The position numbers and the translations under genes are program-made. Positions 1 to 13,074 of a stretch of 64,000 bases of DNA are shown here, piece after piece. The notes beneath the pieces were generated by a model, which did no database searches, was not told the DNA's origin, and saw only the letters and a list, made by a program, of their open reading frames with translations. Source of the DNA: the human T2T-CHM13v2.0 reference genome, Homo sapiens. Numbering within the stretch: the first letter of the stretch is position 1; each line of letters starts with the position of its first letter. The stretch lies in assembly GCF_009914755.1 (NCBI RefSeq), contig NC_060932.1; one strand, given 5' to 3'.

Positions 1-593
1 AATTTAAGAAAGCTATATTTTGGGGCTTATAATTCCTTTAAAATTAGTATTATAGAAGCTAAACAAAAGCCCTGAACTGAGTCCTTTTCTGCACTCAAAA
101 ACTGCTCTTGAGTATACCAAAAACTGTGTATTTAGCTGAGAAACTTTCTAGTATTTTCAAGAGTTGGCATTCAGTTGGGTCAGTTGATGGTGTCATACAG
201 AAATTTTTAGTATTAGATTGTATCTCCATATAAATACTAATCAAAAACTGTATTCTGTCACAATAGGAGAGATTGGGAATGTGGAGACTGGAAGACAAAA
301 ATTTTTTATAACCCACAAATGCTTAAGGGACTATATACCCTAAAATGATGACTACTGAGATTCATAACTCCTACTGTGTTTCAGTTAAGAAACAAAACAA
401 ATGACAGACATACATACACACATATAAAAAGCCTAGAGACTTTTTCTCATGAAATATTTAGTACCAATTGCTATATGATTCTATATTTGGTGGGGGAAGT
501 ACCTAGAAACTTTTAAATATGTTTAATAGCAATACTTGAATCTTATTCAATTTATTACTGTCATTTACTACACAGGAACTTCATTTTTAGTCA

Positions 594-725
594 TTTTTTT
601 TTTCATTGAGACAGTGTCTCACCATGTTTGTTGCCCCGGCTAGTCTCGAACCACTGGGCATAAGAAATTTCCTGCCTCAGCTTCATGAGCACCTGGGATT
701 ACAAGTTTGTGCCACTGTGCCTGGC
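594..725 (-). mobile_element. Fossil Alu monomer (FLAM-like)
   Basis: T tract, then gagacagtgtctc...tagtctcgaac...cctgcctcagc...ctgggattacaag...ccactgtgcctggc; single monomer length. Confidence 0.85.
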
Positions 726-1682
726 TCATACTTCGTTATTCTAAGGGACAAAGTATGCTCTCATGTTCTTTAGAATGGATATTGCATTTATCATGCTCAT
801 TATAAAAATTTAAACATGTGCCATTATCTATAGGTGTTTTCCTGAAAACCATCATATTATGTTTATATTATTGACTTCTTGATTTTTCAATGTGTTACAT
901 TTCCTCTCCAGCATGGAATGAGTAGATGGTACATCTCTAAGATAAAACTGCAATGAAAAAAAAAAGTAATCCTTTTGATCCATGTAGAATGGTCAGCAAA
1001 GTTCTTTTCTGACAGCAGATAAACAGGTCTTCCCCATATAATTGTTCAGCTGAAGGAAATATCTATGGATGGGTATCTGATGAATACCTATTAAATATTC
1101 TAAACCATTAAATATGCTAATATCCGTCCCAGGATCAAGGCCAACCAACATTTATATACATGAATGATATTTTATTGGCTTCCTATAAAATCGTTCTTTC
1201 TCCTCCATCCTCCAACACCCACCCACGGAGTCTTCTGAATTATGGTTTGGAGTGGTGCTATTAGCCGATATCTAAGAAGGCTATAGAAAAGAGATCTATA
1301 AAACCTTGTGGGGCCTTCTGTAAAGATGTTGTTATGATCTTTGTCATTGGATTACAGTGTCCCTTTTGTGAGTACCTTTTCTGCGAGAAATGGTTTGCTG
1401 CTTTGTGAATTTAGTAACAGGAGCAATTGGATTTCTTCTGAGCGGTTGATTTTTTTTTTTTGTCTTACTGATATTTGGCTTGTAAACTGATTGGATTTCT
1501 CTCATGAGAAGTCAGAATATTGAATCTTATGGTAAATAATCTGGTATTACTGTTATATCTGGCTCAGTTTTAACTCTGTACTTTGTTTTTCAGTATTCTT
1601 ATTTCCATGTTTTCCAAATTTATGTTATATTAGTATGTTTTAAATCTATTTGGAAGCCACCCTTTGTCCATTTTGGAAAAGG

Positions 1683-1720
1683 CAAAACAAACAAACAAAC
1701 AAACAAAAAACAAAAAAAAC
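1683..1720. repeat. (CAAA)n / A-rich microsatellite
   Basis: caaaacaaacaaacaaacaaacaaaaaac read directly. Confidence 0.9.
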
Positions 1721-1749
1721 CCACACAGATTAGTTGAGAAAGCCTCACA

Positions 1750-1985
1750 GAAGGCAATATGATACAGTAAGGAGACCGACTCCAGACAGACGTGGCTTTG
1801 AATTTTGTCTCCATTTAGTAATAATGGGATTTTGAATTATATATTTTGACCTTTCTGATTTTCACCTAACTCATTTGTATAATGCGAATAAGGTTAGCTA
1901 CATTTTTAAATGAATGTGAAAATTTTAAAAAAGATTAAGTGACGTTTGTAGAGTGTCTTCATGGTGCCTCGGTGGTGCACAGGAT
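1750..1985 (+). mobile_element. MIR SINE (degenerate)
   Basis: ccagacagacgtggctttgaat...ctcatttgtataatgcgaataa resembles the MIR core. Confidence 0.55.
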
Positions 1986-2116
1986 TAGGATAACTTTAAG
2001 ATGTATCATTCCAACTCAGATGGTTTGGAGAGTTTAATGGGGCACTATTAGTAATCATGCTGGGACAACCAGCTTAAAATCAGGTCTGTTCTAAGCAAAG
2101 ATATGTGGGCATCTTG
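1986..2116 (+). mobile_element. MER94-like hAT-Blackjack MITE
   Basis: ggggcactattagtaatcatgctgggacaaccagcttaaaatcaggtctgttctaagcaaa resembles remembered MER94 consensus. Confidence 0.6.
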
Positions 2117-2589
2117 TATATAGAAAACTATAAATGTCTTTATGCTCACATTCACTATCAAGGATCACCTTATTTGTGTGTGTGTACACATTTTTTTTTT
2201 TCCTGCAGAGAATAACATAAGCCAAACTATCTTTAGTGGGAGATTTACATTGATTCTGGCCTTCGCATAAATTTGCTTTGATAAAGTTTGCAGCAGGAAG
2301 CAAGGCTCCAAGTATAAGGTTGGAGTTAGGTGAAAACTCTAGTGAATGATCAAGAACGTGTAAAGCAGAGACCGAGAGCTAAAGAATTTAGGATATCAAC
2401 TTATCCAAGAACAGGGAACATTTATCAGAGGCCCATTTAGCAAAATTAGGACCTGAGGTTGTAGTCCAATGTCAGATAATTCTGAGGTCAGGTCTGGCTT
2501 AAGGGACTGCAAGGCTAAGCATATAAGTGGAGATAAAAGGACCCCTGTTCTGGGAGAGATGGACGCAGGGGGCCAGAAATCTGGCCTGA

Positions 2590-2790
2590 TGAATTAGACA
2601 GCTCTGGTTCATACATTGATTTTTTTTTTTCTAAGCTGAGTGTGACCTTGGGCAAATTATTTAAATTATCTCAGCCCCTAGTTCTAGATCTTGAAATGCG
2701 GATAATAATGCCTATGCCACAGATTGCCTTACAGACTGAAAAGTACTTAAAATAGTGCCTGGTTCCCGGTAGGCTGTCCATAAATCATCG
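2590..2790 (+). mobile_element. MIR SINE
   Basis: gtgtgaccttgggcaaattatttaa...cagttctag...gataataatgccta...aatagtgcctgg. Confidence 0.75.
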
Positions 2791-3271
2791 TCATTCTCAT
2801 CATCATGTCTGTGTATGATGCCTGCATTCTGCAAGCTGATTCAGTGTGTGCCACTGTTAGGAAAAATAACATGAGAGTAACTTCTTCTTAATTTTCAGGA
2901 AACCTAAATTTGGGATGTTCTCCGTTGACAGTTTCTCTGAGATCCATGTTTTCCCCTTTGGTGTTTGCTGCTCCTTGTTGGCCAGTTGGGGGCAACAGAT
3001 AACAAAACAAATGAACAAGCTGCATAAACATTTCGTGCCATTCTTCCCAAATCAACCCATTCTAAGTGGTAACTACTTGGGCAAGTTTAAAAACCAGTGT
3101 CTGATTAAGAACACCGTGTTTGTGACATCGTGAATTCTTGTTTTAGCAGAAGTCTCTTGAAGCTATGGAAAAGCAACACCCTAATTCTTCAGGCTTCATT
3201 TTCTCCACCTGCCAAAGCCATGGGATAGACTAAGGTATATCTGAGTTCTTTGTCATTCCCAAGAAGGGTGT

Positions 3272-3417
3272 CATCTTCTAAATATGGAAAGTCCTTTTTC
3301 CATCTTCTAAATATGGAAAGTCGTTTTTCCATCTTCTAAATATGGAAAGTCGTTTTCCTAAATATGGAAAGTCATCTTCTAAATATGGAAAGTCGTTTTC
3401 CTTCTAAATATGAAAAG
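3272..3417. repeat. Minisatellite, ~29-bp unit catcttctaaatatggaaagtcgtttttc
   Basis: Six copies of the core ctaaatatg(g/a)aaag: four near-full units and two truncated units. Confidence 0.95.
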
Positions 3418-4787
3418 CACAGTTCCTGTGCTATGTGTCTATACCTTTACTGAATTCCTGACTCCACTGTTAGTCAAAAATCTCTCAGGATGGCGTATTT
3501 CACTTTTAAAGGTAAACTGAAGGAGGTAGTGAAATTATTTTCAGTTGTAAGAAAGTACATCCAATAGCACTATATAGAGATGTAAAGGTCACAAAACAAG
3601 TATTTTCAGAATCAGTGCTTTTCCCCCCATAACCCACCTTCTAATCCTCAATGTTTTGTTTACCATACTGTCCTCAAGTTCAACTCTATCACGCTGGTGA
3701 CCTGTATTGCCAGGCAGTAGCAATAGGCCTCTGGGGGCTCTACCTAACTCCATTCTTTGTTGTGGAGAAATGTTTCTTCATATGTAAGAAACTAAGCATG
3801 TCCATCTGGGCTTAACTGAGATCCTGAAAGCTCTCTGAGTGCATGTTGATGGTCTCATTTTAAAGTCCCCGTTGTATCATGGGGACACATCACAGGAACA
3901 CAAATCACTGTTAGCGAGTGCATTCTTCCAAACTCAGCCCGGGTGTCTCGGAAAATTTAGCCACTTTTAGCTGCTTCTCATGAAGGCTGTTTTATGAGAA
4001 AAATTATTAAAACATGAATTTTAAGCTTTTTTGTTCTCTGTTGTGATTTCTTTGAAACTTTGAGCTTATATTCAGTCAGACAGATAGTCCAGTGTCTGCT
4101 TCTGTTGGCATCTTCCTGATGAATATATTTGGTCCATTTGTTAAACTAGCACCATTTAGCAAGTTAAGTACCTAACTAGCATGCTAAATTAAGTAACTAA
4201 TTTAGAAGCAAACCCTTTGCATCACATCTCCTCCCCAAAGCCTTCCTGGGCTACCCTTGCTCTTTATTTTAGACATGAATATTAATACATATGGAAGCGC
4301 TGTGCAAATGTGAGTGGCTGTTGCCAATTTTTATCTTCCCTAGACAACTCTGCCACATAAAACATTTGTCACAAGTGAATCAGTGTATGTTCATTGATTG
4401 ATGAGTGCTATTTTTGTCTTCCTAATATTCGTGATTCATGTGTTTTCATACATACCGATCAGTGATTCATATATGGTGATCTTATCTCCATGAAAGACTA
4501 TACATGTTCTGAGAGGAGGGTAGGGACCAGACTGTATCTACTCTTTTGAGCGAGATTTAGTAAGAGTCTGCATTTTATATGTTTTCTAAAACTGTGGCTA
4601 CTGGAAGATTGCAGGTCTTTGGGGCAGGCAATCTTCTGTTGGTGTGACTCCCCTCTTGGCCATGAACATTTGGTTTTCTTATACCAGTAGACCTTGACCT
4701 AACATTTCATAAGGCTGGATCCAGAGATTATAGTTGCTCTTCACTACTGCCGTTTCAAATGTAGCCAGAAGGGAGAGAAACTCAGAA

Positions 4788-5098
4788 CATACTCCTCACC
4801 TATCCATGGTTTCTCTTTCCTAGCTTTCAATTACCTGCCTTCAACTGCAGTCCAAAAATAGGTGAGTACAGCACAGTAAGATTTTGAGAGAGAAATAACT
4901 TTTATTACAGTATTGTTACAATTATTCTATTTTATTAGTTATTAATCTCTTACTGTGTCTAATTTATAAATCACACTTCATTATAGGTATGTATGTATAG
5001 GAAAAAATGTAGTATAGATATGGTTTGCTATTATCCACAGTTTCAGGCATTCACGGAGGGCCTTGGAATGTACCCCCTGTAGATAAGGGTGACTACTG
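4788..5098 (+). mobile_element. MER44A-like (Tigger7-derived TcMar MITE)
   Basis: tatccatggtttc...tccaaaaataggtgagtacag...agataagggtgactactg followed by TA; matches remembered MER44A consensus. Confidence 0.85.
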
Positions 5099-6445
5099 TA
5101 ATTTAGTCTCCTCCACTTCCTTTTCCTGGTGGTGCCTTGAATTGTGAACTTTTTAATATCCTAGAACAGAAGTAGGTCAAAATGTTAGTTAAGAAACTGA
5201 GTATGTTAGACGTGGGTCACTGGCTTTCAAAGTGATTCCTAACAATTGACATCTCTTTGATTTTGGTATAATGAAACTGAAGTATAAAATAAGTTGCCCA
5301 TTTGGGCTATGATGTATCATAGAGTAGGTTAATGAGAATATGCTGGCTGAAGAGTCTATACTAGATCTTACTTGGGAGGAACGAAGGAGAATCAGCGCCA
5401 TATGCAATAGAATCCATCGTCTGACCATTATTCATCTAATAAGAAGCGGGACAACCAACAAGAAGCAGAAATTCTTTAAGGGGTTTGATGAAGCGCCCTG
5501 TCTTGTGCCAATAGAATTCTGATTCCAGGACCTATTTGATTTGTAGAATAACAAAATAATTTTTTAGCACTATCTATATTCCAAGTGCACCATAGCACAT
5601 GTTGTCCTCAGAAAACCCTGTACAACCTGTACAGCTGATGTTTCCTTGCAAAACGTGAAATTACTTTCATTTTATTTTTCTTCCTGTTTATTATAAATTG
5701 ACATAAACACATTTGGCTATTCAAGGTTATTAGATTTTTTTAATTGGTGGTTTTTGTTGTTTTTTAATAGCAGGGACCTACAGTTATTGAAGGTAGGTGA
5801 GAGTTACATGTGTCTTCCTTCATAACCTTGCTGCCATTCACAAGTATATTTTGTACCAAATCCTACTACACATGAATATATTTATTGGAAGGAAAGTATG
5901 AAATTAGTTATACACCACACTAGGTAAACAGTGACATCCAGCATTCCCTTATTTAAGGGTTCTGCTCCCAGCATGTATGAAAGATTGATTGTGACAAACA
6001 CAAGAGTTACTCTAGAGGCATGAGGTAAGAGTCTATACTAGATCTTACTTAGGAGGAATTACAGTAATGTAATTTATAATCAGCATTGGTAACCAGAATC
6101 TTCCGAAATAGTGGTTGGATTAGAGATTCTTTAAAAAACAAAGCTCAAGTCCCACCTCAAATGTCCGGTCTTTGTATAACTTGTTGATAGAATAGTTTGT
6201 TTAGTAGTTTGAATAATATTTCCAGCCAATCCAAGGAATTCAAGCACAACAAAATTCACCAATGAAAATCCATACGAAAAATCTGTTTTATGTTAATTAA
6301 TAAAAGCTCTCTTCCCGAGCAGAGATAAGACAGCTGAAGTGTTTGTTGTAGCTATTATAATGCTTAGATTATATGAGAGCAAACCCAATTCAGACAAGTA
6401 ATTACCTTGGGTTGGTTGTAAATTAAAACTCTATTTCTTACACCA

Positions 6446-6473
6446 TCTCTCTCTCTCTCTCTCTCTCTCTGTT

Positions 6474-6525
<52 letters not shown>

Positions 6526-6536
6526 CACACACACAC
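6446..6536. repeat. Compound (TC)n(CA)n microsatellite
   Basis: Directly visible. Confidence 0.98.
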
Positions 6537-6930
6537 CACTGTGCTTAAGTATTTGACAGTAAATTACAGACATCAAAATACCATAATATAGGTGAGGACC
6601 ATTAGGATCAGGTAGCTTCCTCTGGGTTTACAACCAGTAATTCAGAGAGGAGAGGAATGACCTCATGGCTTTGGACATATTCACATATTTTCTTTATACC
6701 ATGTCAGGTATCCGAAGCTTATTCTATCTCAGGGTGCTAAAACCCAAGTAACCGTATTTAATGTACTAAGAACACTGTACTGTGCTTTACCAAGAAGGAT
6801 ATTCTGAGAACTTCTGTAAAATGTGTACCTACTGTGTGTGCTGTCTTGGGGCATACAGAGACTTCTCTGCTAGTGAGTCAGTTTGCTCTCTGTGGAAATG
6901 AGGAAGGATCTAGGGGAAGGGCATGGAGAT

Positions 6931-6963
6931 CATTCTGTGGGAGTCACAGACTCCCACAGAATG
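6931..6963. repeat. Perfect 15-bp inverted repeat, 3-nt loop
   Basis: cattctgtgggagtc-aca-gactcccacagaatg. Confidence 0.95.
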
Positions 6964-9004
6964 CTGAATCAGGGGGCAGCCAGCATTCTTAGGCTGGAAA
7001 AAGTTGTGAAACAGTGAGAGGAGATGGGAATCTAAAGCACAGAGCTGGACCTTGAAAAGAAGAGGCATGTTATGGCATCATCTTCTGCTGCTTGGTCTAA
7101 GTGATGGTGGGTTTAGTTCTTTGGTGATCTGCAAAAGAAAGCTGACAGATCTCAATGGGAATCTGCGGAATATTTAGTTCTATTTCAGAAAGAGGGCACT
7201 GCATCATTTCTATTTCAGATCGTTGCCTGCCAATGGTAATAGCTTCACACTGGAAAGAATATTTTTTATTATTATGGTTAAATGTACAAGACTATTTTGT
7301 AAATGATCTTTCCCAACTCATTTTATTGAGGTCTGATCATTGTCATAAAGTAAATACTTAGGATATAATATAGAATTATATTTGCATATACAGTTCTCCA
7401 TGGAAGTGTATCAAAAGGTTATATATATTAGCTGATCATCTTTTTTAATGAGAACAGAATCAGAAATTGTATGCTATTTGTAAATCCTCTTAAAAGATAT
7501 AAGAAAGGGTCACTTTCTTCACTGCTTTTAATATAGAAATTTATGATATTTATTGTAAGTGTTTTTTCTCACTCATTCTTTAAACACATACTTTTGTTGA
7601 AAACATAAATTATTTGACAGATTATAACACAAGAATTTGATTTGGTAGTCTTTCTTATCTAATGTTAAAAGTATTTGGGGGAACCTTTTTTTCACCCATC
7701 TCTGAATGTTCGTCCTCCATACAGAAGGTGACTGAATTGGCAGTCATTACTGAAAGAAACATCAAATTTCCCATTCTCTATTCTGCCCCACTGAAGTGTG
7801 GATGTGTTACAGTACTTGGTTTCATACTCTTTAAACATTCTGCTAGCTCTTCTTACTGAACCGAGTGATAAGCTCTTTGGGAGGACTTGGCTAATTTCAG
7901 TTAGTAAGCACGTTCAATCTGAGATTACTCTAAACATTTAGAGAATGTTTATCTCCTGGAAAGTAATCAGCCTATTGCAGACTTCTTTTCTTTCTTTTTT
8001 CAGCCTTTATGGAAGGGCCTGATTAATTTTCTTTTTCCCTTTCAAGTAACACATAGAATGAGTATGTGTGTGTGTGTAAGTGTGCATGCATATGCATGAT
8101 GGCATATACCATGCATATAGAAACACACACTTTCTCTCTCTCTCTCTTCCCAAATTCATTCATCTTCTGAAATCAAATTAGAAGAGAAAACACTCATGCC
8201 TTCATTAATCCTAGCCTTAGGAAGATCAATGGCAACAGAAATGAGAGACTATGTGGACCCAGGATGGAAATTTCTGGCCTGGTCCACTGTCCACCCTGAA
8301 TTGAAGACTCTTTGACTCCTAGGTTTCTATTATTTCAACTACACTTATGCTTCCTCTGAAAACTATTAGAATTCCAAGATTCCATAGTAATACAAACCTC
8401 ATAGGAATTATCCTTGTCAATAAAGGAGAATAACAAATTTTAGTTAGTAATTTTGATATTTTAAAAGGTGGAAGCCACAGATAGTATCATTTTTGCATTT
8501 TGACCAATTGTAATTGTTAACAAAACACCTTCTTCTGTTTACTTTCAAAGTGTCTCAGTTTAGATGATAAACTATAGCATCACCCTAGCTGTGGATCATG
8601 ATGTTTCCCTCCTAGAGTCATATTTTTATTATTTAAATGTAGACAATCTTTCTTGACCAAGTGATGTGTACATCAGACCTTATCCATTATTCTGTTGGTA
8701 TCAGAGTGTAGCCCCCAACTTCCTGCCTCCCTGTCTCTCATGCCAGCCCCCAGTACCTCCTGGGTTCAGGGTTCAGTATTTAACTGGCCTCTCCCTCCAC
8801 TCTGTCCACTCCTAGTCATTCAGTAAACACATAATTCTTTTCAAGATTCTGAAAGACTTTGTGGCAAGCAACTACAAAGGAATTGAAAAGGAGTTAACAA
8901 AATAAAAACTATGAATAAGTTTCAAAATGTGGTAGAAATCTTTAAACCTGTTACTTGACATTTTTAGTGAAATATGAACAATGCTAGATTTTCATTCTCA
9001 CTAA

Positions 9005-9245
9005 AATAATACATTTAACATTTACTATGTCATAAGTGTGCTTCTGAGTTCCCTGTAAATGTTAATTTATTTAAATTATGGAACAGTCTTAAGGGGTTGG
9101 TACTATTATGTGCCATTTTAATTTTTACTTGACAAATGAAGAAACTAAAGCTCAGAGGTTAATTAATTTACCCACTAAAAACAAGTGTTGAAGGTGAGCT
9201 TTAAACTTGATAATCTGGCCCAGAAGTCTATGATCCTATCTATAA
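9005..9245 (-). mobile_element. MIR SINE
   Basis: gacaaatgaagaaactaaagctcagaggtta is the reverse MIR core. Confidence 0.65.
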
Positions 9246-9247
9246 CC

Positions 9248-9380
9248 CAGTAGTCTAAAGTGTAGTCCCTCCAGTATGGGAACATCAACATCACCTGGGA
9301 ACCTGTTGCATCAGAAACTCTTCGGGAGGAACCCATCAGCAAACTATAGGTGGTGCTCATTCATGTTTGAGAAATGCACA
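9248..9380. mobile_element. MER5A-like hAT-Charlie MITE
   Basis: aaagtgtagtccc...catcaacatcacctgggaac...catcagaaactc...tttgagaa. Confidence 0.65.
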
Positions 9381-9590
9381 GCTTTCAATTCTTTTTGTGT
9401 TTAAAAAAGTGATTAATACATCTGTAGTATTTATTTATGAGTGATCAAAAGTTACTTTAGAAAATTTGGAAAAATATATAAAAGTTTAAAACTGAAAATT
9501 GAACTGGTGGCCATTATGATGATTATAATTTTATAATTTGCTTGTATTTGCTTAATGTATTGTGAAAACCTTTTTAGGCATTGACAATTT

Positions 9591-9773
9591 TTTCTTAAAT
9601 TTTTTATTTCTATAGGTTTTTGGGGAACAGGTAGTATTTGGTTACCTGAGTAAGTTCTTCAGTGGTGATTTGTGAGATTTTGGTGCACCCATTACCTGAG
9701 CAGTATACACTGACCTCAATTTGTAGCCTTTTACTCCTCACCCCCTTCCCACACTTTCCCCCCGAGTCCTCAA
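9591..9773 (-). mobile_element. 5'-truncated L1 3' end (L1PB-like) with 15-bp TSD
   Basis: L1PB 3'UTR text (ggtttttggggaacaggtagtatttggttac...); TSD aggcattgacaattt at 9576-9590 and 9774-9788. Confidence 0.9.
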
Positions 9774-11029
9774 AGGCATTGACAATTTAAAAATATTATT
9801 GTAAATGATTCCCTGCATTTCCAACATGCAGATGTTTTATTTGTATGTGGGATTTATTGGTTTTTTAATGTTGTTGAGATTTTGTTTAATTGCAACGTAA
9901 CTCATATACCATATTACATTGTCTCTATGCCCAAAAGAATCTGCAACTGGAGATCAGAAGAAAATTCACTTACATTTTCTTGTAATTACTTTATGCATTT
10001 GATCTTTATGTTTAATTCTTTAACCTCCATAGCATTTGTTTTATTGTGATATAAGATGTAGATCTAATTTTTAAAAACTAAAAAAAAAGTAATTACCCAA
10101 GTGTAATTAACTAATTCATTCCTTGTCATTCTTTAAAAAAGCCTAGCAAAATAACTGGGTATGGTTTAGTAAATATTTGTTAAATAAATGAGTTTCATTA
10201 GACATCTCCAAATCTCAGAAATTCCCTGTTGTTTTAATGAAGGTTTCAGTTTCCTTACCCCCTTTTCTAATTTCGCAAATTCTGACGTGGAGCATCAGTT
10301 AATTGCCCTTGGGTCTGTAGATCTTTCACCTCATAGAGAAAATCCAGTTTGTTGCCCATACCCACACTTTATTGCCTAACACAGTGACTCTGATGGCCTG
10401 TCCTGTGAGGATTACTCCTTCCCTAACAGAATCTCAGTTGCATGTGAGCTTCACCTTGAGGGAAGACTGAAACTAATATCCATTTGGTGTTCTACAGTTT
10501 GTGCTTTCACAAGCATGGATCTCATCTTCACAGGGATATCCAGAGGTATTGGAGCAGATATTAATTAATACCACTTAGCACAGCGACTCCCATCACCACC
10601 ACCACCATCATCATTGCCATTATCCTCAGAGCTAAGAGTGAGCATTTTGGTGCGACAATTTTTAATGCCATATGGTTTTACGTGTTCTCCCTGTAATAGC
10701 TTGTCTAATTTGTATAAAAACTCAAGTTTTCATGGTGGCACAGAAGTGGAGGAAGTTGGCTAAACTCACTTAGCAAGGAAGGAGAAAACATCAGTATTTT
10801 GTAGATGTACAATCTAGTAAATGCTTATCACTAACTCTACAAAATATGTACTAAAATTCTTATTGAATTGATGTAATTTAACTTTATTTATAAGGCATAT
10901 AGCATTCAGGGGGTTAATTAATTTGTCCAAGGACAAATGGCTAGCTGTTTTTTAAGAGAGCTGCAGCTAAACTCAGAGGTTCTGATTATAAAATTTTTAG
11001 CAACTTCAAAAAGGAAGTGGCCTATGGGA

Positions 11030-11250
11030 GAATAGCCCAGAGAGTCCACAGTTGAAACTAGGTTTCAGTCCTTCTACTGACATGCATTACCTTTTTTCCT
11101 TCAATTCATTCAAATTTTCTAAGCCTGTTTCTACAAGTATAAAATGGAGAGAATATTACTGTATTTCTAGGAGAAATTGTGAGACTAAAGTAAAATTTAA
11201 AGTGCCTAAAAATCTGCCTGGCAGACAATTGTGTCCCCGCATATCCCAAT
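11030..11250 (+). mobile_element. MIR SINE (degenerate)
   Basis: ctaagcctgtttctacaagtataaaatggagagaata...aagtgcct...gcctggca. Confidence 0.55.
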
Positions 11251-12069
11251 GAACAACATATTTTATTAAAACAGTAGATGTTTTGGGTGAGCTGACTTGT
11301 GGATCTCATGTGGGTACTGACATAGCAAGGAAAAAATTACTTTAGTGCATTTATTATTCATCCTCTACCCTCATCGAGTGATAGAGATTTGTAGAAAATC
11401 TAGTTCCAAATATTTCCTCCTATTCTTTGCTTCTGGAGTCTTCTGCTATAATTACAGTCCAAAACCAGTAACAGGAGAACTTCTGAAGGTATGGAAATCA
11501 AGCATTATTCTACCAGGAAATAATACTCTTCTGTCTGAAAGTTTCCAAATTTGTTCCTAAAAAGTCATCTCATTTTTATATCTCTTTTCCAGTATTCTCC
11601 AAAACCTCCCATCCTACCACCGCCTCCCTTTTGGTCTGTTGCAGAATTTTCTAGCTGCAGCAGCAACACATTTTGTCACCAATTTGAAATTAATATTTTT
11701 AAATGAACTGGCTGAACTGGAGTTAAAAAAATATATATTCTATTCATACTTCTGTCACCCTTACCCTATGCCTATCCCTGGAAGATTTCAGGCTAATGGT
11801 TTTTCCATGTCTTTTTGACCAGTGGGGTTTGGGGGCTCCAGTCTGCTAGTTATCATATTTTTAAGACTTTTAAAGAGTATTTTTAAGACAGACTTGAGGA
11901 AAGGAGTTAAATGAGGGGTTATTTCAAAATTGCTTCAAAGGTGATGATGCTGATTGGGAGGCTGAAAAATAATTCCTTATTTTTTAGTAAATTTTTTCCC
12001 TGCTTTAATTAATTTCCAGTATAGACATTACTTGACTCAAACTCTTTGGTCTTTAAGTTTGTATTCTTT

Positions 12070-12197
12070 AGGTAAGTGCTATTTAAAAACCAGGCAGCAT
12101 CAGCAGCACCTGGGAGTGATTAGATATTCAAATTCTTGACCCTAATCTGCACCTCCCCAGCAGAGGTGGGGCTCAGGAATCAGTGATTTAAACCCTC
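12070..12197. mobile_element. MER5A-like MITE fragment
   Basis: gcagcatcagcagcacctgggag...ttagatattcaaattct...ggtggggctcaggaatc. Confidence 0.65.
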
Positions 12198-12199
12198 AT

Positions 12200-12772
12200 A
12201 TTTCTTTTTATTTGTATAATATAGAAAATACAAATGCAGTTTTGTTACATGGATTTATTGTGTAGTGTTGAAATCTGCACTTTTACTATAACCATCCTAG
12301 AATAATGTTCATTGTACCCATTAAGTATTTTCTCATCTCTGACCCCTCTCCCACCCTTTCACCCTTCCAAATCTTAATATCTGTTATTCTATACTCTATG
12401 TCCGTGTGTACACATTGTTTAGCTCCCACTTATAAGTGAGAACATGCAGTATTTGACTTTGTTTTTTAATTGTTTCAATTAAGATAATGGCCTCCAGTTC
12501 CATCCATGTTGCTGCAAAAGGTAGGATTTTATTCTTTTTTTATCACTGAGTAGTATTCCGTGGTGTGTGAGGGCAAGAACCAAATCTGTTGTGCTTATTG
12601 TTTTGGCAGAGTAGATGTTCAATAAATATTTGTTTAATGAATGAACACCAAAGCAACATTTTATAAAATCCAGTCCTCTGTTGATGGACACTTAAACTGA
12701 TGACATATCTTTGATATCGTGAAGAGTGTTGTGATAAACATACAAGTACAGGTAGCTCTTTGATATAATTTC
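12200..12772 (-). mobile_element. L1 3' fragment (L1PB4/L1MA-like), interrupted at 12572-12655
   Basis: agctcccacttataagtgagaacatgc...ataatggcctccagttccatccatgttgctgcaaa...gttgatggacactta. Confidence 0.9.
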
Positions 12773-13074
12773 TTAATGATTAGTTTGCAATAGGGTGAAG
12801 ACTCAAAAAGCTTTCTACTTTCTAGGTTGGTGCCTACTGAGTTGAACTGCTCACGATTCTTCTCCCTAACCCTGTGTTTCTCCTCCCTTCTTTTGCTCCC
12901 TCACCATGAGACCTTTCCCGTGGCACCTTCCATGTCCTCTCTGTTATTGAGCTTCTGCTCGTGGTCTCTGACTCAATGAAGATGTCAGCTCATTCAGGAA
13001 GCATTTCTTGGGTCTCAGTCTTCCCCTCCACTCTACTGACCTGTCCCGCCCCATGCATTTAGCATCTTTTATAG

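Noticed and set aside
3272-3417. CRISPR-like 29-bp repeats with a hairpin
   Set aside because: No unique spacers, no cas genes, primate genomic context; it is a minisatellite.
8083-8120. catgcatatgcatg palindrome with two TGCATG words
   Set aside because: Part of a low-complexity alternating purine-pyrimidine tract next to a (TG)n repeat.
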